Below, in pieces: positions 50,287 through 61,675 of a DNA stretch of 64,000 nt. The position numbers and the translations under genes were made by a program. The stretch is from the NCBI GenBank assembly GCA_963813155.1, contig CAWEYG010000002.1:640001-704000 (forward strand). The letters run 5' to 3'. Source of the DNA: an uncultured Acidobacteriota bacterium (lineage in GTDB: Bacteria > Acidobacteriota > Thermoanaerobaculia > UBA5066 > DATFVB01). A model generated the notes under the pieces. The model saw only the letters and a program-made list of their open reading frames with translations, ran no database searches and was not told the origin of the DNA. Numbering within the stretch: the first letter of the stretch is position 1; each line of letters begins with the position of its first letter.

Positions 50287-52120
50287 TCACGAGTGCGGGG
50301 CTTCGAGCACCGCGCGCAGCGTGAGCGCAGCTCCGTCGCGAAGCACGCCGACCTCGACCTCGTCGCCGGGACGGCACTCCGAAATCGCGATCGTGTAGTC
50401 GTCGCCGCTCCGGATGTCGTGTTTTCCGAAACGGACGACGACGTCGCCGGCGTGAAGGCCCGCCTTCGCCGCGGGGCTGCCGGCGCGCACGCCCGCCAGT
50501 TTCACGCCCTTCGGTTTCGCTCGCGGAGTCGGGAATCGATCCGAACCAGACGCGGAACTGCCGGGACGGAGACGCGGTCGTCGGGGGCAGCTCGTGGAAG
50601 GCCGGGTGTTCCCGCCCCTCGGCCACCCGGAGCGCGCATCGCTCGATCAGGCGGAGAACGTCCGCCTCCCCTTCCGCGTTGATCTTGTCGGCCGTGTCGC
50701 TCGGCTTGTGGTAGTCGGGATGGGCGCCGGTGAAGAAAAACAGCACCGGAATCTTCGCGAGGTAGAAGGATTGCTGGTCGCTCGCTCCAAATCCGCCTTC
50801 GGTCTTCTGGAGGGATAGCCTCGACGCCCCCTCGCGGTTCGCCGCAACGACGAGCGGCTCCCAGGACGGCGACGTTCCCATCCCGATCACGGTCAGCTTC
50901 CGATCGCGAAGCCTTCCGATCATGTCCATGTTGAACATCGCGACGGTGGATTCGGTCGGGACGAGGGGATGGGCGACGTAATGAATCGAACCGAGCAGGC
51001 CCAGCTCCTCGCCGGAAAACGCGAGAAACACGATGCTTCTCTTCGGGCGATGCGATCGCGAGGCGAGATCCTCGGCGAGCGCGATCACTCCCGCGGCGCC
51101 AGAGGCGTTGTCGTCGGCGCCGTGGTGCACGGCGGGCGAGGAGGTGTCCGCGAGCGAGCTCGGGCCTCCCATTCCGAGGTGATCGTAGTGCGCGCCGATG
51201 ACGACGTACTCGTTCTTGAGAATCGGGTCGCTCCCTTCGAGCAGCGCGGCGACGTTGTCCGCCGACTTTCGAACCTTGCGAACGTCGGCGGAAAGCGAGA
51301 CGCGGACCCGGAGCGGCACGGCGAGCGCGCCCTCGGCGAGCTTCGACTCCGCGGCCCCGAGCGTCCAACCCGCGGTCGCGAGCCACGATTCGGCGATCGA
51401 ACGCCTCACGAGAAAAACGGGAATTCCCTCGTTCGCAAAATTCCGGCTTGCGGACGGGTCCGGAAGGTCGGAGTCCCGCCGGGCCGCGACGAGGACGGCG
51501 GCGGCGCCCCGATCCCGGGCGAACAGGATTTTGTGGTGCATTCCGCCGAAATCCGACAGGGGCGAGCGGGAATCGTTGCCCGGCGCCCCGGCCAGGAGCA
51601 CGACGATCTTCCCCCGGACGTCGGCGTCTCCATAATCGTCCCGGGCGGGGTCTCGCGCGACGATCCCGTACCCGGCGAAAACGGCGTCCCCCTCCGCCCG
51701 GCCGTTCCCCGAGAGGCTCGAGGCGACGAACTCCGAGTTGAGCCGGTACTCGAAATACTTTCCCGAATGTTGCGCCGACAGGAAATTGTTCTTCCCCTCG
51801 GCGACGCCGGCCGCGAACGAGAAGGGCTGGAAGAATCCGCTTCCATCCAGAACGGCGCCGACGTCTCCTTGCCGGGAAGTCCCGAGCGGCTTCAGCCCGG
51901 CCTCCTGGAACGCGGCGGCGATGTACCGGGCCGCCCCTTCCGCGCCCTCCGAGCCGGTCGCGCGCCCCGCGAGAACGTCGGACGCGAGGTATTCGACCCT
52001 CTGCCGGACGGACGCGGCGGCGATCTCGGCCCGGGACGTCCCGGCGAGAAGGCAGGCGCAGACCGCCAGCCCGACCGCACGGCCTGCCGCGACTCGATTT
52101 CCCTTGCGGGACAATGGCAT
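50287..52120 (-). CDS. M28 peptidase with PA and PDZ domains (frameshift near 50510)
   Basis: GAHYDHLG, GADDNASG, SGEELG, NMDMIG, SDQ, YHKPSD; PDZ GSPAAKAGL..GDVV. Confidence 0.88.
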
Positions 52121-52193
52121 CCAAGAATTCTACTCTCGCGGCGTGCCGGCGACGGCGCGGATATACTTTCCGAAAAATGACATCTTCGTTCCG

Positions 52194-53813
52194 ATGAGCG
52201 AGCGCGAGCCGATCTCCGAGGGGAGTCTCTGGCCCCGGTCCCCGGGAGACGCGGCGAGGACGATCGCGGTGGCGGCCGTCTACTTCGCCGCCGGAAGACT
52301 GGGCCTGCATCTGGCCGTCGTCCATCCGAGCGCAACCGCCGTCTGGGCGCCGACCGGAATCGCGCTCGCCGCGTTTCTCGTGTTCGGATTCCGAACGTGG
52401 CCGGGTGTCTACGTCGGAGCGTTCCTCGTCAACGTCGTCACGGCCGGGACCGTCGCCACTTCGATCGGCATCGCAACGGGAAACACTCTCGAGGCGCTCG
52501 TCGGCGCCGCGCTCATCCGCCGATTCGCGGGAGGCCGTGACGCTTTCGACCGGGCGATCGACGTCCTGGGGTTCATGCTCCTCGGTGGCCTCGTCGCGAC
52601 GACGCTCTCTCCGACGCTGGGAGTGACGAGCCTCGCGGCCGGAGGTTTCGCCCGCTGGAGCGAGTTCGGCAGCATCTGGAGCACCTGGTGGCTCGGGGAC
52701 GCTTCGGGAGCCCTCGTCGTGGCGCCCGCGTTGATTCTCTGGGCGAACGGCGGCCGGTTCCGCGGGAGTCGGGCGAAGTTCCTGGAAGCGGCGTGCCTCC
52801 TCTTGTCGCTCGTCCTCGTGGGGTTCCTCCTGTTCAGCAGCCGGTCCGGCTTCGCCGCGCGGCACATTCCTCTCCAGTTTCTCTGCATTCCGATTCTTCT
52901 GTGGTCGGCGTTCCGGTTCGGCTCGCGGGAGACGGCGACGGTGCTGCTGCTGCTTTCCGGGGTCGCCGTCTGGGGGACGGCCCGGGGCTTCGGGCCCTTC
53001 GCTTCCCTGGATCCCGCCCAGTCCCTTCTCATTCTCCAGGCCTTCATGGCCGTGATTTCCGTCACGATGCTCTCCGTCGCGGCGCTCGTCGCCGAGCGAG
53101 GGCGGGCCTCGCAGGCGCGCGACGACATCCTCTCGATCGCGGGGCACGAGTTGAGGACCCCTCTCTCGACCCTGACGCTGCAGGTCGAAAACCTGTCGCG
53201 CGGTTTCCGTCAGGGCGCTTCTTCGGAGACTCTCGAGGCGAGGATGGAATCGGTTCGACGCTCCGGCCGCCGCCTGTCGGCCCTCGTCGACGAGATGCTC
53301 AACGTCAGCCGGGTGACCTCCGGCGTGATGCCCCTGAGAATGGAACGGGTCGAGCTGTCCGCCTTTGCGAAGGAGGCGACGACCCATTTCCTCGAGGACC
53401 TCGCGTCGGCCGAATGCCGGGCCTCGGTTTTCGCGGACGATCCCGTCTGGTGCCGCACGGACCCCGAGCGCCTCGGCTACGTTTTCAACAACCTGCTCGC
53501 CAACGCGATCAAGTACGGGCAGTCGAAGCCGATCGAGATCACGGTCTCCGCGAGCGAAGGGATCGCGCGGCTCTCCGTGAGGGATCACGGCCTCGGAATC
53601 CCGCTCAAGGACCAGAAACGGATCTTCGAGCGGTTCGAGCGAGCCGTGTCCACATCGCACGTCAGCGGATTCGGCCTGGGACTCTGGATCGCCCGGCAGA
53701 CCGTCGAGGCGCTCGGGGGAAGGATCCGCGTCGAAAGCGAGCTCGGCGAGGGCTCGACGTTTTCCGTCGACCTGCCGATCGAGGAGGCGGCCGCCTCCGG
53801 CGCTTCAGTTTGA
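52194..53813 (+). CDS. MASE1-domain sensor histidine kinase
   Basis: VWAPTG, GNTLEA, WWLGD MASE1 motifs; GHELRTPL, NAIKY, GFGLGL. Confidence 0.9.
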   Translation: MSEREPISEGSLWPRSPGDAARTIAVAAVYFAAGRLGLHLAVVHPSATAVWAPTGIALAAFLVFGFRTWPGVYVGAFLVNVVTAGTVATSIGIATGNTLEALVGAALIRRFAGGRDAFDRAIDVLGFMLLGGLVATTLSPTLGVTSLAAGGFARWSEFGSIWSTWWLGDASGALVVAPALILWANGGRFRGSRAKFLEAACLLLSLVLVGFLLFSSRSGFAARHIPLQFLCIPILLWSAFRFGSRETATVLLLLSGVAVWGTARGFGPFASLDPAQSLLILQAFMAVISVTMLSVAALVAERGRASQARDDILSIAGHELRTPLSTLTLQVENLSRGFRQGASSETLEARMESVRRSGRRLSALVDEMLNVSRVTSGVMPLRMERVELSAFAKEATTHFLEDLASAECRASVFADDPVWCRTDPERLGYVFNNLLANAIKYGQSKPIEITVSASEGIARLSVRDHGLGIPLKDQKRIFERFERAVSTSHVSGFGLGLWIARQTVEALGGRIRVESELGEGSTFSVDLPIEEAAASGASV

Positions 53814-56252
53814 ACGGATCTGGTCGAGGGCCGAAAGGCGCCGCGTCGGAGGATAGGGCGCCGACGGGCCTTTGAAGGCCTGCCAGAGCACCTCGTTGAA
53901 CAGCTCCTCGTCGGCAGCGTCGGGCTCGTCGAGATCGAGCTTCATCGATTCCCGGGCGATTTTCCCCGACGAAGGGTTCTTCTCCGTGAGCGACTGCGCG
54001 GGCGTGATCGCGGAATACGGACGGACGTCCGGCTCGCCGGCGAAGACCCCGTCGAGCGGCGTCCCGAAGTGGTCGAATTGCGACAGCGAGGGGAGCCGGA
54101 GAATCCCTTCGATCGTCGCGAGGACGTCGGTCGTGTTCACGAACCGGTGAATCCTCCCCGGCCGGTTGTACGGCGAGATCATCAGGAACGGCGCGCGGTG
54201 GGAGTCGACGTGATCCGGTCCGTTCTGCGCATCGTCCTCGACGACAAAGACCACCGTGCTCTTCCAGAACGGAGTCTTCGAGAGCGCCTCGACGATGCGG
54301 CCGAGCGCGAGATCGTTGTCCGCGAAGTACGCGCGCGGCGTCTCCAGTCCGGGGCGGCCGCCCGCGGTGTGGTCAGCGGGCAGGTGGAGAAGCTCGAGGG
54401 CCGGCATGGCCCCTTTTCGAACGAACTCGCCGAGCTCCCCGATCCACGCATCGGCGCGGCGCTGGTCCGGAATCGTCAGGTCGAAGGAGGGATAGTCGGG
54501 GCTCACGTACGGCGCGAGACCCTTCAGCTTCGATCCGTAGCGGATGACTCCCTGTGGCCGGCTGATCTCCCCGGCGTATTCGCCGTAATCGCGAAAGCTG
54601 ATTCCCAGGCGCGTCGCGAGGTCCCACAGGTACCCGCTCGCGGGCTCGTCCGGCTCCTCTTCAAGCTCCGGGCGCTTGTCCGCGTAGACCGAATGCACGG
54701 TTTTTTCCGTGTAGTCCGTGACGTACGCCGAAGTCGACCAGGGGTGCCCCTGGGAGCTCACTTCCGCGTTACAGAGAAAACGGTCGAAGAGGCCGAAACG
54801 CCGGGCGAGCGCCCGGTGGTTCGGACCCTCGGTCTCGCGAAAATAGAGAAGCGCCGGATCGCCGTCGCCCTCGGGAAGGTCGCCGAAGACCTGGTCGTAG
54901 GTCCGGTTCTCCTTGATGATGTAGACGACGTGCTCGAACTTCGGAACGGCCGCGCGCCGATCGGGCCTGGGCTCCCAGTGGTTCCATCGCGCGACCTTCT
55001 TCGAGAGATCCGAAAGGGCCGCCGCGCCCGGGTCCGGAGCGATGCTCGTCACCGTCCCGTTCAGCTGGCCCAGGGTGTACGCGAGAGGAGGGGCGCGCTC
55101 CGGAAGCCGCGCTCCCCCCGGGTTGGGAGCGCTGCCGCGCCCCTTTCCGTTCAGAACGAGAATCCGGCCCCGGTCGGGAAGGAGCGCGACCGGATACCAC
55201 TCCGCGGGGAACCGTCCCGCGAGACGATCCTCCCCGCCTCCCGAGGGAACGCCCGACGTCGCGGCCGAGAGATCGAAAGCCGCGATCGCGTTGTCGTCCG
55301 CTTCCGCGACGAAGAGCCGGGTCCCGTCCGGCGAGAGAGCGAGAGCGTTCGGCGTGCTTCCTTCCTGCGGCCCGGAGGGCGGAGGATCGGCGAGGGTGGT
55401 CCGAAGGCGGCCCTCGGGCAGGTCGACGACCGCGATGCGATCCACGCTCGCGAGGCAGGCAAACAGTCTCGTCCCCGCCGCGTTGAGAAGAAGCGAAGAG
55501 GGATGGCGGCCGACGGCGATCGCGGCCGCCGGCGCGAGGGCGAGCCCTTCGCCGCGCGAGAAGACGGAGACCGTCTCGCCGCCCCAGGCGGAAACGTACA
55601 CCGCGCCGGCCGGAGACACCGCGACAGCGTACGGAAAATGACCGGTCGGCAGGCGCTGAAGGACCTTTCCCGTCTCCGCCTCGACGACCGCGAGATCGTT
55701 CGCCAGATTCTCCGCGACGTAGATCGCCCGGCCGTCGCGGGAGATCGACAAGCCGGCGGGGTACCGGGGCGTCTTTTCTGCCGCGGTCTTTTCCCCGGGA
55801 GCGCCGGCGGCCAGGGAAATCCGGTCGATCAACGAAGCCTCGCCGCCTTTCCAGGCATACCGATACACGACGTCCTCGTTTCCGCCCGAAGCGAAGAGCC
55901 GGGTTCCGTCCGGCGAGAAAGCCAGGCCCAGGAATGCGCCCTCCTGCGGGAGCGTCTGCACGACTCGCCGGGTCGCCAGATCGACGATCTGAAGTCCCTG
56001 TTCGCGCCACCCGCTCAGAAGGACCGCGATGCGGCCGGCGTCCGGGGTTGCCGCCATGGCCAGGGGCATGTTTCCGACTCCGATCGACGGCCCGGTCTCT
56101 TCGACCGACCCGATCGACCTCCCGGTCGGGAGCGGAAGCGGTTCGCCGGGCGCCGGCCCGCTCGAAGAAACGGGAGGAGATCCGGGCGCGCACGCGAACG
56201 ACGCGAGCATCGCCAGGACCGAACAAGAGGCCGAAAAAGTTGGGAACTTCAT
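53805..56252 (-). CDS. Lipoprotein: YVTN/YncE beta-propeller fused to an alkaline-phosphatase-superfamily phosphoesterase
   Basis: Lipobox FAC; propeller repeats; YIIKENRTYDQVFGD, EVSSQGH, DHT, EDDAQNGPDHVDSHR. Confidence 0.88.
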   Translation of the reverse strand: MKFPTFSASCSVLAMLASFACAPGSPPVSSSGPAPGEPLPLPTGRSIGSVEETGPSIGVGNMPLAMAATPDAGRIAVLLSGWREQGLQIVDLATRRVVQTLPQEGAFLGLAFSPDGTRLFASGGNEDVVYRYAWKGGEASLIDRISLAAGAPGEKTAAEKTPRYPAGLSISRDGRAIYVAENLANDLAVVEAETGKVLQRLPTGHFPYAVAVSPAGAVYVSAWGGETVSVFSRGEGLALAPAAAIAVGRHPSSLLLNAAGTRLFACLASVDRIAVVDLPEGRLRTTLADPPPSGPQEGSTPNALALSPDGTRLFVAEADDNAIAAFDLSAATSGVPSGGGEDRLAGRFPAEWYPVALLPDRGRILVLNGKGRGSAPNPGGARLPERAPPLAYTLGQLNGTVTSIAPDPGAAALSDLSKKVARWNHWEPRPDRRAAVPKFEHVVYIIKENRTYDQVFGDLPEGDGDPALLYFRETEGPNHRALARRFGLFDRFLCNAEVSSQGHPWSTSAYVTDYTEKTVHSVYADKRPELEEEPDEPASGYLWDLATRLGISFRDYGEYAGEISRPQGVIRYGSKLKGLAPYVSPDYPSFDLTIPDQRRADAWIGELGEFVRKGAMPALELLHLPADHTAGGRPGLETPRAYFADNDLALGRIVEALSKTPFWKSTVVFVVEDDAQNGPDHVDSHRAPFLMISPYNRPGRIHRFVNTTDVLATIEGILRLPSLSQFDHFGTPLDGVFAGEPDVRPYSAITPAQSLTEKNPSSGKIARESMKLDLDEPDAADEELFNEVLWQAFKGPSAPYPPTRRLSALDQIRSN

Positions 56253-56364
56253 TCCACTCCCCCGAAGAGTCTAACGCGTCGACGCGTTCGGACGCCGGGG
56301 TTTGAGTCGGAAAAGCCCGAAACGGGCCCGGCCGGATTCGGCCGGGCCTTCCGAAACGGTGTTC

Positions 56365-56892
56365 CTAGGGGCAGGTGGGAGCGATTCCCGTGTCGACGTC
56401 GGGACACGTCGCCACCGTGGGATCGATCGGATTCTGATCCGCCGAAGTGAAAGGATTGTTCTGCCGTCCGCCCCGCTTCTGCGGAGGGTTCAGGCCCTTG
56501 ACCTTCACGTTCAGGCTGCACGCCGGGATGGCTCCGCTGCCGAAATCGTTGTCGAACGAGTCAGCCGGGATTTCGAGAGAAGCTCCGTCGGTGCCGAAGT
56601 CGAAGTCGAGCGACGCGTCGCCGCACGCCGTGCCGAGATTGTAGAGAGCTTCGACCTCCACCGAATACTTCGTGGCTCCGGCAACGGCGCACCACGCGAT
56701 ATTCAGATTTCCATTCGCGTCGACGCACGCCGTCACGTCGGCCGGAGCGGGAAGATTGGAGTGCGTGGCCGCGTTTGCGGACGCCGTGGAGATGCCGGGA
56801 ATGCTTCGGCGCGATCCCGCCGAAGCCGGAATCGCGGCGAGCAGAAGAGCAGAACACCCGGCAAGAGAGAAAATTCTCAGACTCCTGGACAT
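56365..56892 (-). CDS. Secreted Cys-containing hypothetical protein (Fn3/Ig-like)
   Basis: RBS GGAGG; signal peptide; W.AV.GATKYSVEV resembles Fn3; six Cys in the mature part. Confidence 0.65.
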   Translation of the reverse strand: MSRSLRIFSLAGCSALLLAAIPASAGSRRSIPGISTASANAATHSNLPAPADVTACVDANGNLNIAWCAVAGATKYSVEVEALYNLGTACGDASLDFDFGTDGASLEIPADSFDNDFGSGAIPACSLNVKVKGLNPPQKRGGRQNNPFTSADQNPIDPTVATCPDVDTGIAPTCP

Positions 56893-57139
56893 GAAAACCT
56901 CCATTGTGTGTAACGGTGAAGGCCTCGCGGCCCGGTTCGAAATACGAATTCTGGCTGAAGTCCTTCAACGAGAATTCTTATCTCGAGACAACTCGTGAAT
57001 TCTTGAATTCCTGTTCCTTCGCTTCACCCCCCTTCGAGAATTCCGGACCCCCGTGTCCGTTCGGTCGGGAAGCTAACACCCGGGGCGCCGCAGAGCAAGT
57101 CGCGCATGCCGCCGCCCTTCCGCCGCGCGCGCGAGGGGA

Positions 57140-57991
57140 TCAAAATCGGACCCGGAGAAAGAGCCCGCGCCCCGTCGGGGCGAGATCGAATGTGGCCTCG
57201 CGTCCGTTCGCGTCCTCGGCGAGATGGCGGTGAACGAGCCATCGCCCGGTCACGGTGCCGAGAATCGCGCCCGCGAAGACATCGCTCGCGAAATGCGCCC
57301 GCGAGTTCACCCTGTCCATCGCGACGATCGTCGCCGCCGTGTACGCGAGACCGGGGATCACCCAGCCGCTCGACCTCGCCGCCACGACGGAAGCGACGGC
57401 AAACGCCACGGTCGCGTGCCCCGAAGCGAATGAACCGTTGCTCGAGCCCGGCTCGAAGGTCGTCTGGCCGTTGGAAGAGTTCGGCCGGACGCGCCCGGCC
57501 GCGCGTTTGACGACATTGTCGAGGATGCCGGCCAGAACGGCAGCCTCCAGGGCGTCCCGACCCGTGTCGAGAGTCTCGGGACTTCGAAATGCGAGGCCGC
57601 CGACGATCAACGCCGCCGACACCCCGAATCCTCCCTCGGCCCCGAGGAATGTCGTCGAGCTCGACACGGAATTCAGAAACGGAGAGCGCGTCTCCTGAGC
57701 CTGGTGATCGATCGACCGATCCGCGAGGAAGAGGCCGCCGAGGATGACTCCGAACCCCGCGGCTTTCTCCCAGTCTCCCAACTTCCAGGAAAAGGGGGCG
57801 CTCACGAGCCCGAGGGAGTCGAGGCCGTATCGCTTTGCCTCGTTCCCCAACGCCGGCAAGACCCCGCCGCCGCCGGCCGTCTCCTCGAAAACGGCGGGCG
57901 CAACGACGGAAGGATCGGACGACTGGGCGGCGGCCGGCAACGCTCGAACCGAAAACAGGAGGGCGCAACCGAGAACCGGCAGACTTCTCAC
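57140..57991 (-). CDS. Exported PAP2-family phosphatase
   Basis: KRAAGRVRP, SFASGHA, RV...AHF.SDV.AGA..G. Confidence 0.88.
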   Translation of the reverse strand: MRSLPVLGCALLFSVRALPAAAQSSDPSVVAPAVFEETAGGGGVLPALGNEAKRYGLDSLGLVSAPFSWKLGDWEKAAGFGVILGGLFLADRSIDHQAQETRSPFLNSVSSSTTFLGAEGGFGVSAALIVGGLAFRSPETLDTGRDALEAAVLAGILDNVVKRAAGRVRPNSSNGQTTFEPGSSNGSFASGHATVAFAVASVVAARSSGWVIPGLAYTAATIVAMDRVNSRAHFASDVFAGAILGTVTGRWLVHRHLAEDANGREATFDLAPTGRGLFLRVRF

Positions 57992-58085
57992 GCGGAAACG
58001 TTCTCGGCGCCGGCCGCGGCGGTCGTTGGCATCGTCCGGAAGGTACTTCGCCGAACTTAAACGGTCGATGTACGGTTCACGCGGC

Positions 58086-58961
58086 TCACGGTCCGCTCGT
58101 TCCGACGCGCCGGCGGTAAGTCAACGCGAGCCGCCAGCCGTTCAAGGCGTTCCGACCGCCAAAGTCGTGCTTCACTTCGGCGACGATCTGATCGCGCCGA
58201 CGGCTCCCCCAACCGAGATGGAGCTCGATGCCCGCTCGACCTTCCGTCGAGCGCCGGTTGTGAAAGATCGTCCCGTTCTCGCGGGCGTCGGTCGCGACGA
58301 CATATCCGGCCGTGGCCACGGCGTCGGCGTCCCAGCCCCGAAAACGGAGGACTGTCACCCGCGGCGCCAGCTCGGCGCTCGCGCGGAGATACGCCTTCTG
58401 AATCTCGAACGGTCTTCCATAGTCCCCTTCGAACCGCAACCCGAGCCCTGCCTGACCCGAATGCCCGGCAAAAATCGACCAGTCGGTTCGGAGGAACACC
58501 CTGTCCTGGCCGTCGGAGACGGGGAGCACCGAATTGTCCGGACGCCTCCGGATTTCGTACCCCAGACGAACGAGATTCGACCGCCCGGGAAGCGTGCCGG
58601 GGCTCCAGTCCACGAAGACTCCTCCCCCGACGAACCCGGAATCCCGGATCGGGGGTCCGTTCGAGCAGCAATACCTGTTCGCCGCGTACGACCCGACGAT
58701 TCCGAGAGCGAAGGAGGAGGAGAGACCGTAGGAGAGACTCGTTCGATTCCGAAAGAGACCCAGCGAGCTCGCGAGCTCGTTGCTGCGGCCGTTCGCGTCG
58801 TCATAGACCGGGTCGACAACCGCCTCGAACGCCGTTTCCAGAGTCGTTTCTCCGCGAACCGGCTGCGGAAGCCCGAGGAAGAACGAGGGAGGGGAATCGC
58901 CGAAGGCGGGCGCGACCGCGAGCATTGCAAAAGCCACGACCAGGGTGCGAATCGATCTCAC
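58086..58961 (-). CDS. Putative outer-membrane beta-barrel protein
   Basis: Signal peptide; amphipathic beta strands; GRNAL.G..L..TY near the C-terminus; GTGA-coupled to the upstream gene. Confidence 0.55.
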   Translation of the reverse strand: MRSIRTLVVAFAMLAVAPAFGDSPPSFFLGLPQPVRGETTLETAFEAVVDPVYDDANGRSNELASSLGLFRNRTSLSYGLSSSFALGIVGSYAANRYCCSNGPPIRDSGFVGGGVFVDWSPGTLPGRSNLVRLGYEIRRRPDNSVLPVSDGQDRVFLRTDWSIFAGHSGQAGLGLRFEGDYGRPFEIQKAYLRASAELAPRVTVLRFRGWDADAVATAGYVVATDARENGTIFHNRRSTEGRAGIELHLGWGSRRRDQIVAEVKHDFGGRNALNGWRLALTYRRRVGTSGP

Positions 58962-60230
58962 CGCGCCGCGGCGGCACCGCCGGGAGTTCCAGCGGAAGAA
59001 CAATTCCCGTCCCCGTTAGCCGTTTTCGGCACCTCGACGAGTGTCGTCGAGTCGATGACGGAGCCGCCGACGTCGTGCGCTTCGAGAAGCAGCGAGCCAT
59101 TCTCGATGCGAACCGTGACATAGCCATGGACGGCCGCGAGAAATGCGGAGAAGCTCTCCGGGTCGAAATTCGAAACCGACGCCCCGCCTCCCCCTTCCAC
59201 GACGTAGACGACCGCCGTGTCCGGGGGGCCCCGTCAGGCAGATGGGATGGGTGCGTTCGTAGAGATGCTCGTGCCCCGAAAACACCAGGTCGACCCCGTA
59301 CCGCTCAAAAAGAGGAGAGAGCACGAGCTGCTCGACGACGTTTGAATTCTCGGAAGTGAACGGCGGTTCGAACACGGTGACGAACTTCCAGGTCGCGGTG
59401 CTCGCGGCCAGGCCCTGTTCCAGCCACCGGTACTGGACGGAATCTTCGCCGAACGCCGAGCTCTCCACATCGAGACAGAAAAACTCCGCGTCTCCCTGCC
59501 GAAAAGAATAGAACCGTGGGTCGGGAGTGAGGCCGTTCGGGGGCAGATCGAACGCTTCGAAGAAAGGAGCGCCGTTGGAGGTTCGAACGTCGTGATCGCC
59601 GAGAATCGGCATGATCGGAGCCGTTGCGAGCAGCGGCGCGAACGGAGCGAAGAAGCTCGGGTCGTAGTCCTCCCGCCGGCCGTCCGGATAGACGACGTCC
59701 CCGACGTGGAGAACGAGATCCACCTCTGCCTGGGAGAGCCGGTCGGCGATCGCCGCGGGCACGGCACCTCCCGTCGTGTCGCCGATTACGGCGAAGGAGA
59801 GGCTGTTGTCTGTCGGGCAGCGGGGAGCCCGAAACCGGAACGCCGGGGAAAGTGCGTTCCCGTCCCCGAAAATCTCATACTCATAAACAATTCCGGGCGC
59901 GAGGTCTGGCAAGACGACGCGATGGGTTTCCTGCGGCCCGGCTTCAACGGCGATCGTCCAGGAACGGAGCCCCCTGCTTTCCTCGGAAAGTCGTCCTCCG
60001 GCCAGAACCCTCCTCCTCGGCTGCCCCGCGGGAGCGTCCGGACGGTAGGCCACCGATCCCAGGTCTGGAAGAGAGGTCTTCCAGAGAACGGCAATGGAAG
60101 TGTCCGAAGGGCGCTGAAGGAAGGGTCCGCGAGCGAGGTTGGCGCCGGCCAGCGAAGACCCTGAAGCCAGCATTCCGAGAGCCAGGAGCAAGACGAAGTC
60201 TCCCCGCGCAGCGGACGGGATTTTTCGCAT
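58958..60230 (-). CDS. Purple-acid-phosphatase-like metallophosphoesterase (frameshift near 59220)
   Basis: Signal peptide, GPFLQ Fn3-like N-domain; GD, GDVVY, GDHD, GHEH.YER, YVV.GGGG. Confidence 0.85.
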
Positions 60231-60278
60231 GGCCTGACGGTACGACGCACCACCTAAACACGGGATGTACCGGCCGAA

Positions 60279-61674
60279 TCAGCCGGACGCGGGAATCGAG
60301 ACTCGTACCTCCGCGACGAACGTGCATCCGGCCGGGGAGGTTTCCGCGAGGCGCACGTCGCCGCCATGGAGCTGCGCAATCGACTTCGCGATGGCGAGGC
60401 CCAGCCCCGCTCCCCCGCCGGTCCCCGTCTCGCTTCCGCGATAGAAGCGCTCGAAAATCCTTTCCCGCTCTTTCTCGGGCACGCCCGGCCCCTCGTCGTG
60501 GACGAAGATCCTGTCCACACCACCCTCGACTGCCATCCGAACACTTACCCGACCGCCGGGCCGCGTGTACTTGACCGCGTTGTCGAGCAAGTTCAGGACG
60601 AGACGATGGAGCAGCTCCTCGTCGCCGTAGACGAGCCGCTCGCCGGAAGGCTCGACCTCGATCGCAATCCCACGCGAAGCGGCGAGGGTTCGCATCGCCC
60701 TCGCGCATCTCGCCACCGACTCGTCGAGATAGAAGCGCGCGGGCCGGACCGGATAGTTCCCGGCGTCGCCGCGCGAGAGCAGAAAGAGGTCCTCGACGAT
60801 CTGGCTCAGTTTTCGGGAGGTCTTCTGCACGACCTCGAGGGCCTCGCGATACTCTTCGACCGGCCGGTCGGTGCGGGCGAGGGTCACGTCCGCCTCTCCC
60901 TGGAGAATCGAAAGAGGCGTTCGGAGCTCGTGGGACGCCTCGGCCATGAAGCGCCGCTGCGAATCGAAAGCCGCCTCGAGACGCGCGAGCAGGCCGTTGA
61001 TGGTCTCCGCGAGAACCCCGAGCTCGTCGCGCGGATTCCGGACTTCGATTCGCTCCCCGAGATTGGAAGCCCCGATTTCCCTCGCCTTTCGACTCATGCG
61101 GAGCACGGGCGCAAGGCTTCCGCGGGCGAGAAGGTAGCCGCCGACGCCGGCCACGAGGAGGGCGACCGGAATTCCGAAAATCAGCGCGGCGGACGCATTT
61201 CGAAGCCGCTGCGCCTGGTTGCCCAGCCCCCGCGCAACGACCGCGACGAAGGGCTGCGAGACGACGGTAATCGGAATCGCGAGCGCCCGGACTCCCTCGT
61301 CCAGGCTTCCCTCTCTCACAGTGAAAAACCCGCGGCCGCCGCGCGTGACCCTTCTCGCGATCTCTTCCCTTTGCGCCGAGTCGAGTTCCCGGGAACGGGA
61401 CGAGGCGAAAATGCGGCCGTCGGGCCCGATCACGAGGAGCGCCCGGTCGCTGAACCGAAAATCGAGCGGCACGTCGCGGCCTTCTTCCTCCTCGAACGCG
61501 AGTTGTCGAAACGCGGAGGTCAGCTCGTGCGCGGTGTCCAAAAGCGAGGCGTCGGTCTCCGCGCGGATCGCGCGCGCGATTCGCGACATAGCTGACCACG
61601 CCGAACGTCACGAGGACGACCGCGAGGAGGCCGCAGTACCAGAGCGTCAGACGCGCTCGAACCGACTGGAACAT
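60279..61674 (-). CDS. HAMP sensor histidine kinase, CusS-like (frameshift near 61590)
   Basis: SVRARLTLWY; HAMP DELG.LA.TIN; ASHELRTPL, NAVKY, GLGL. Confidence 0.88.
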
Positions 61675-61675
61675 T

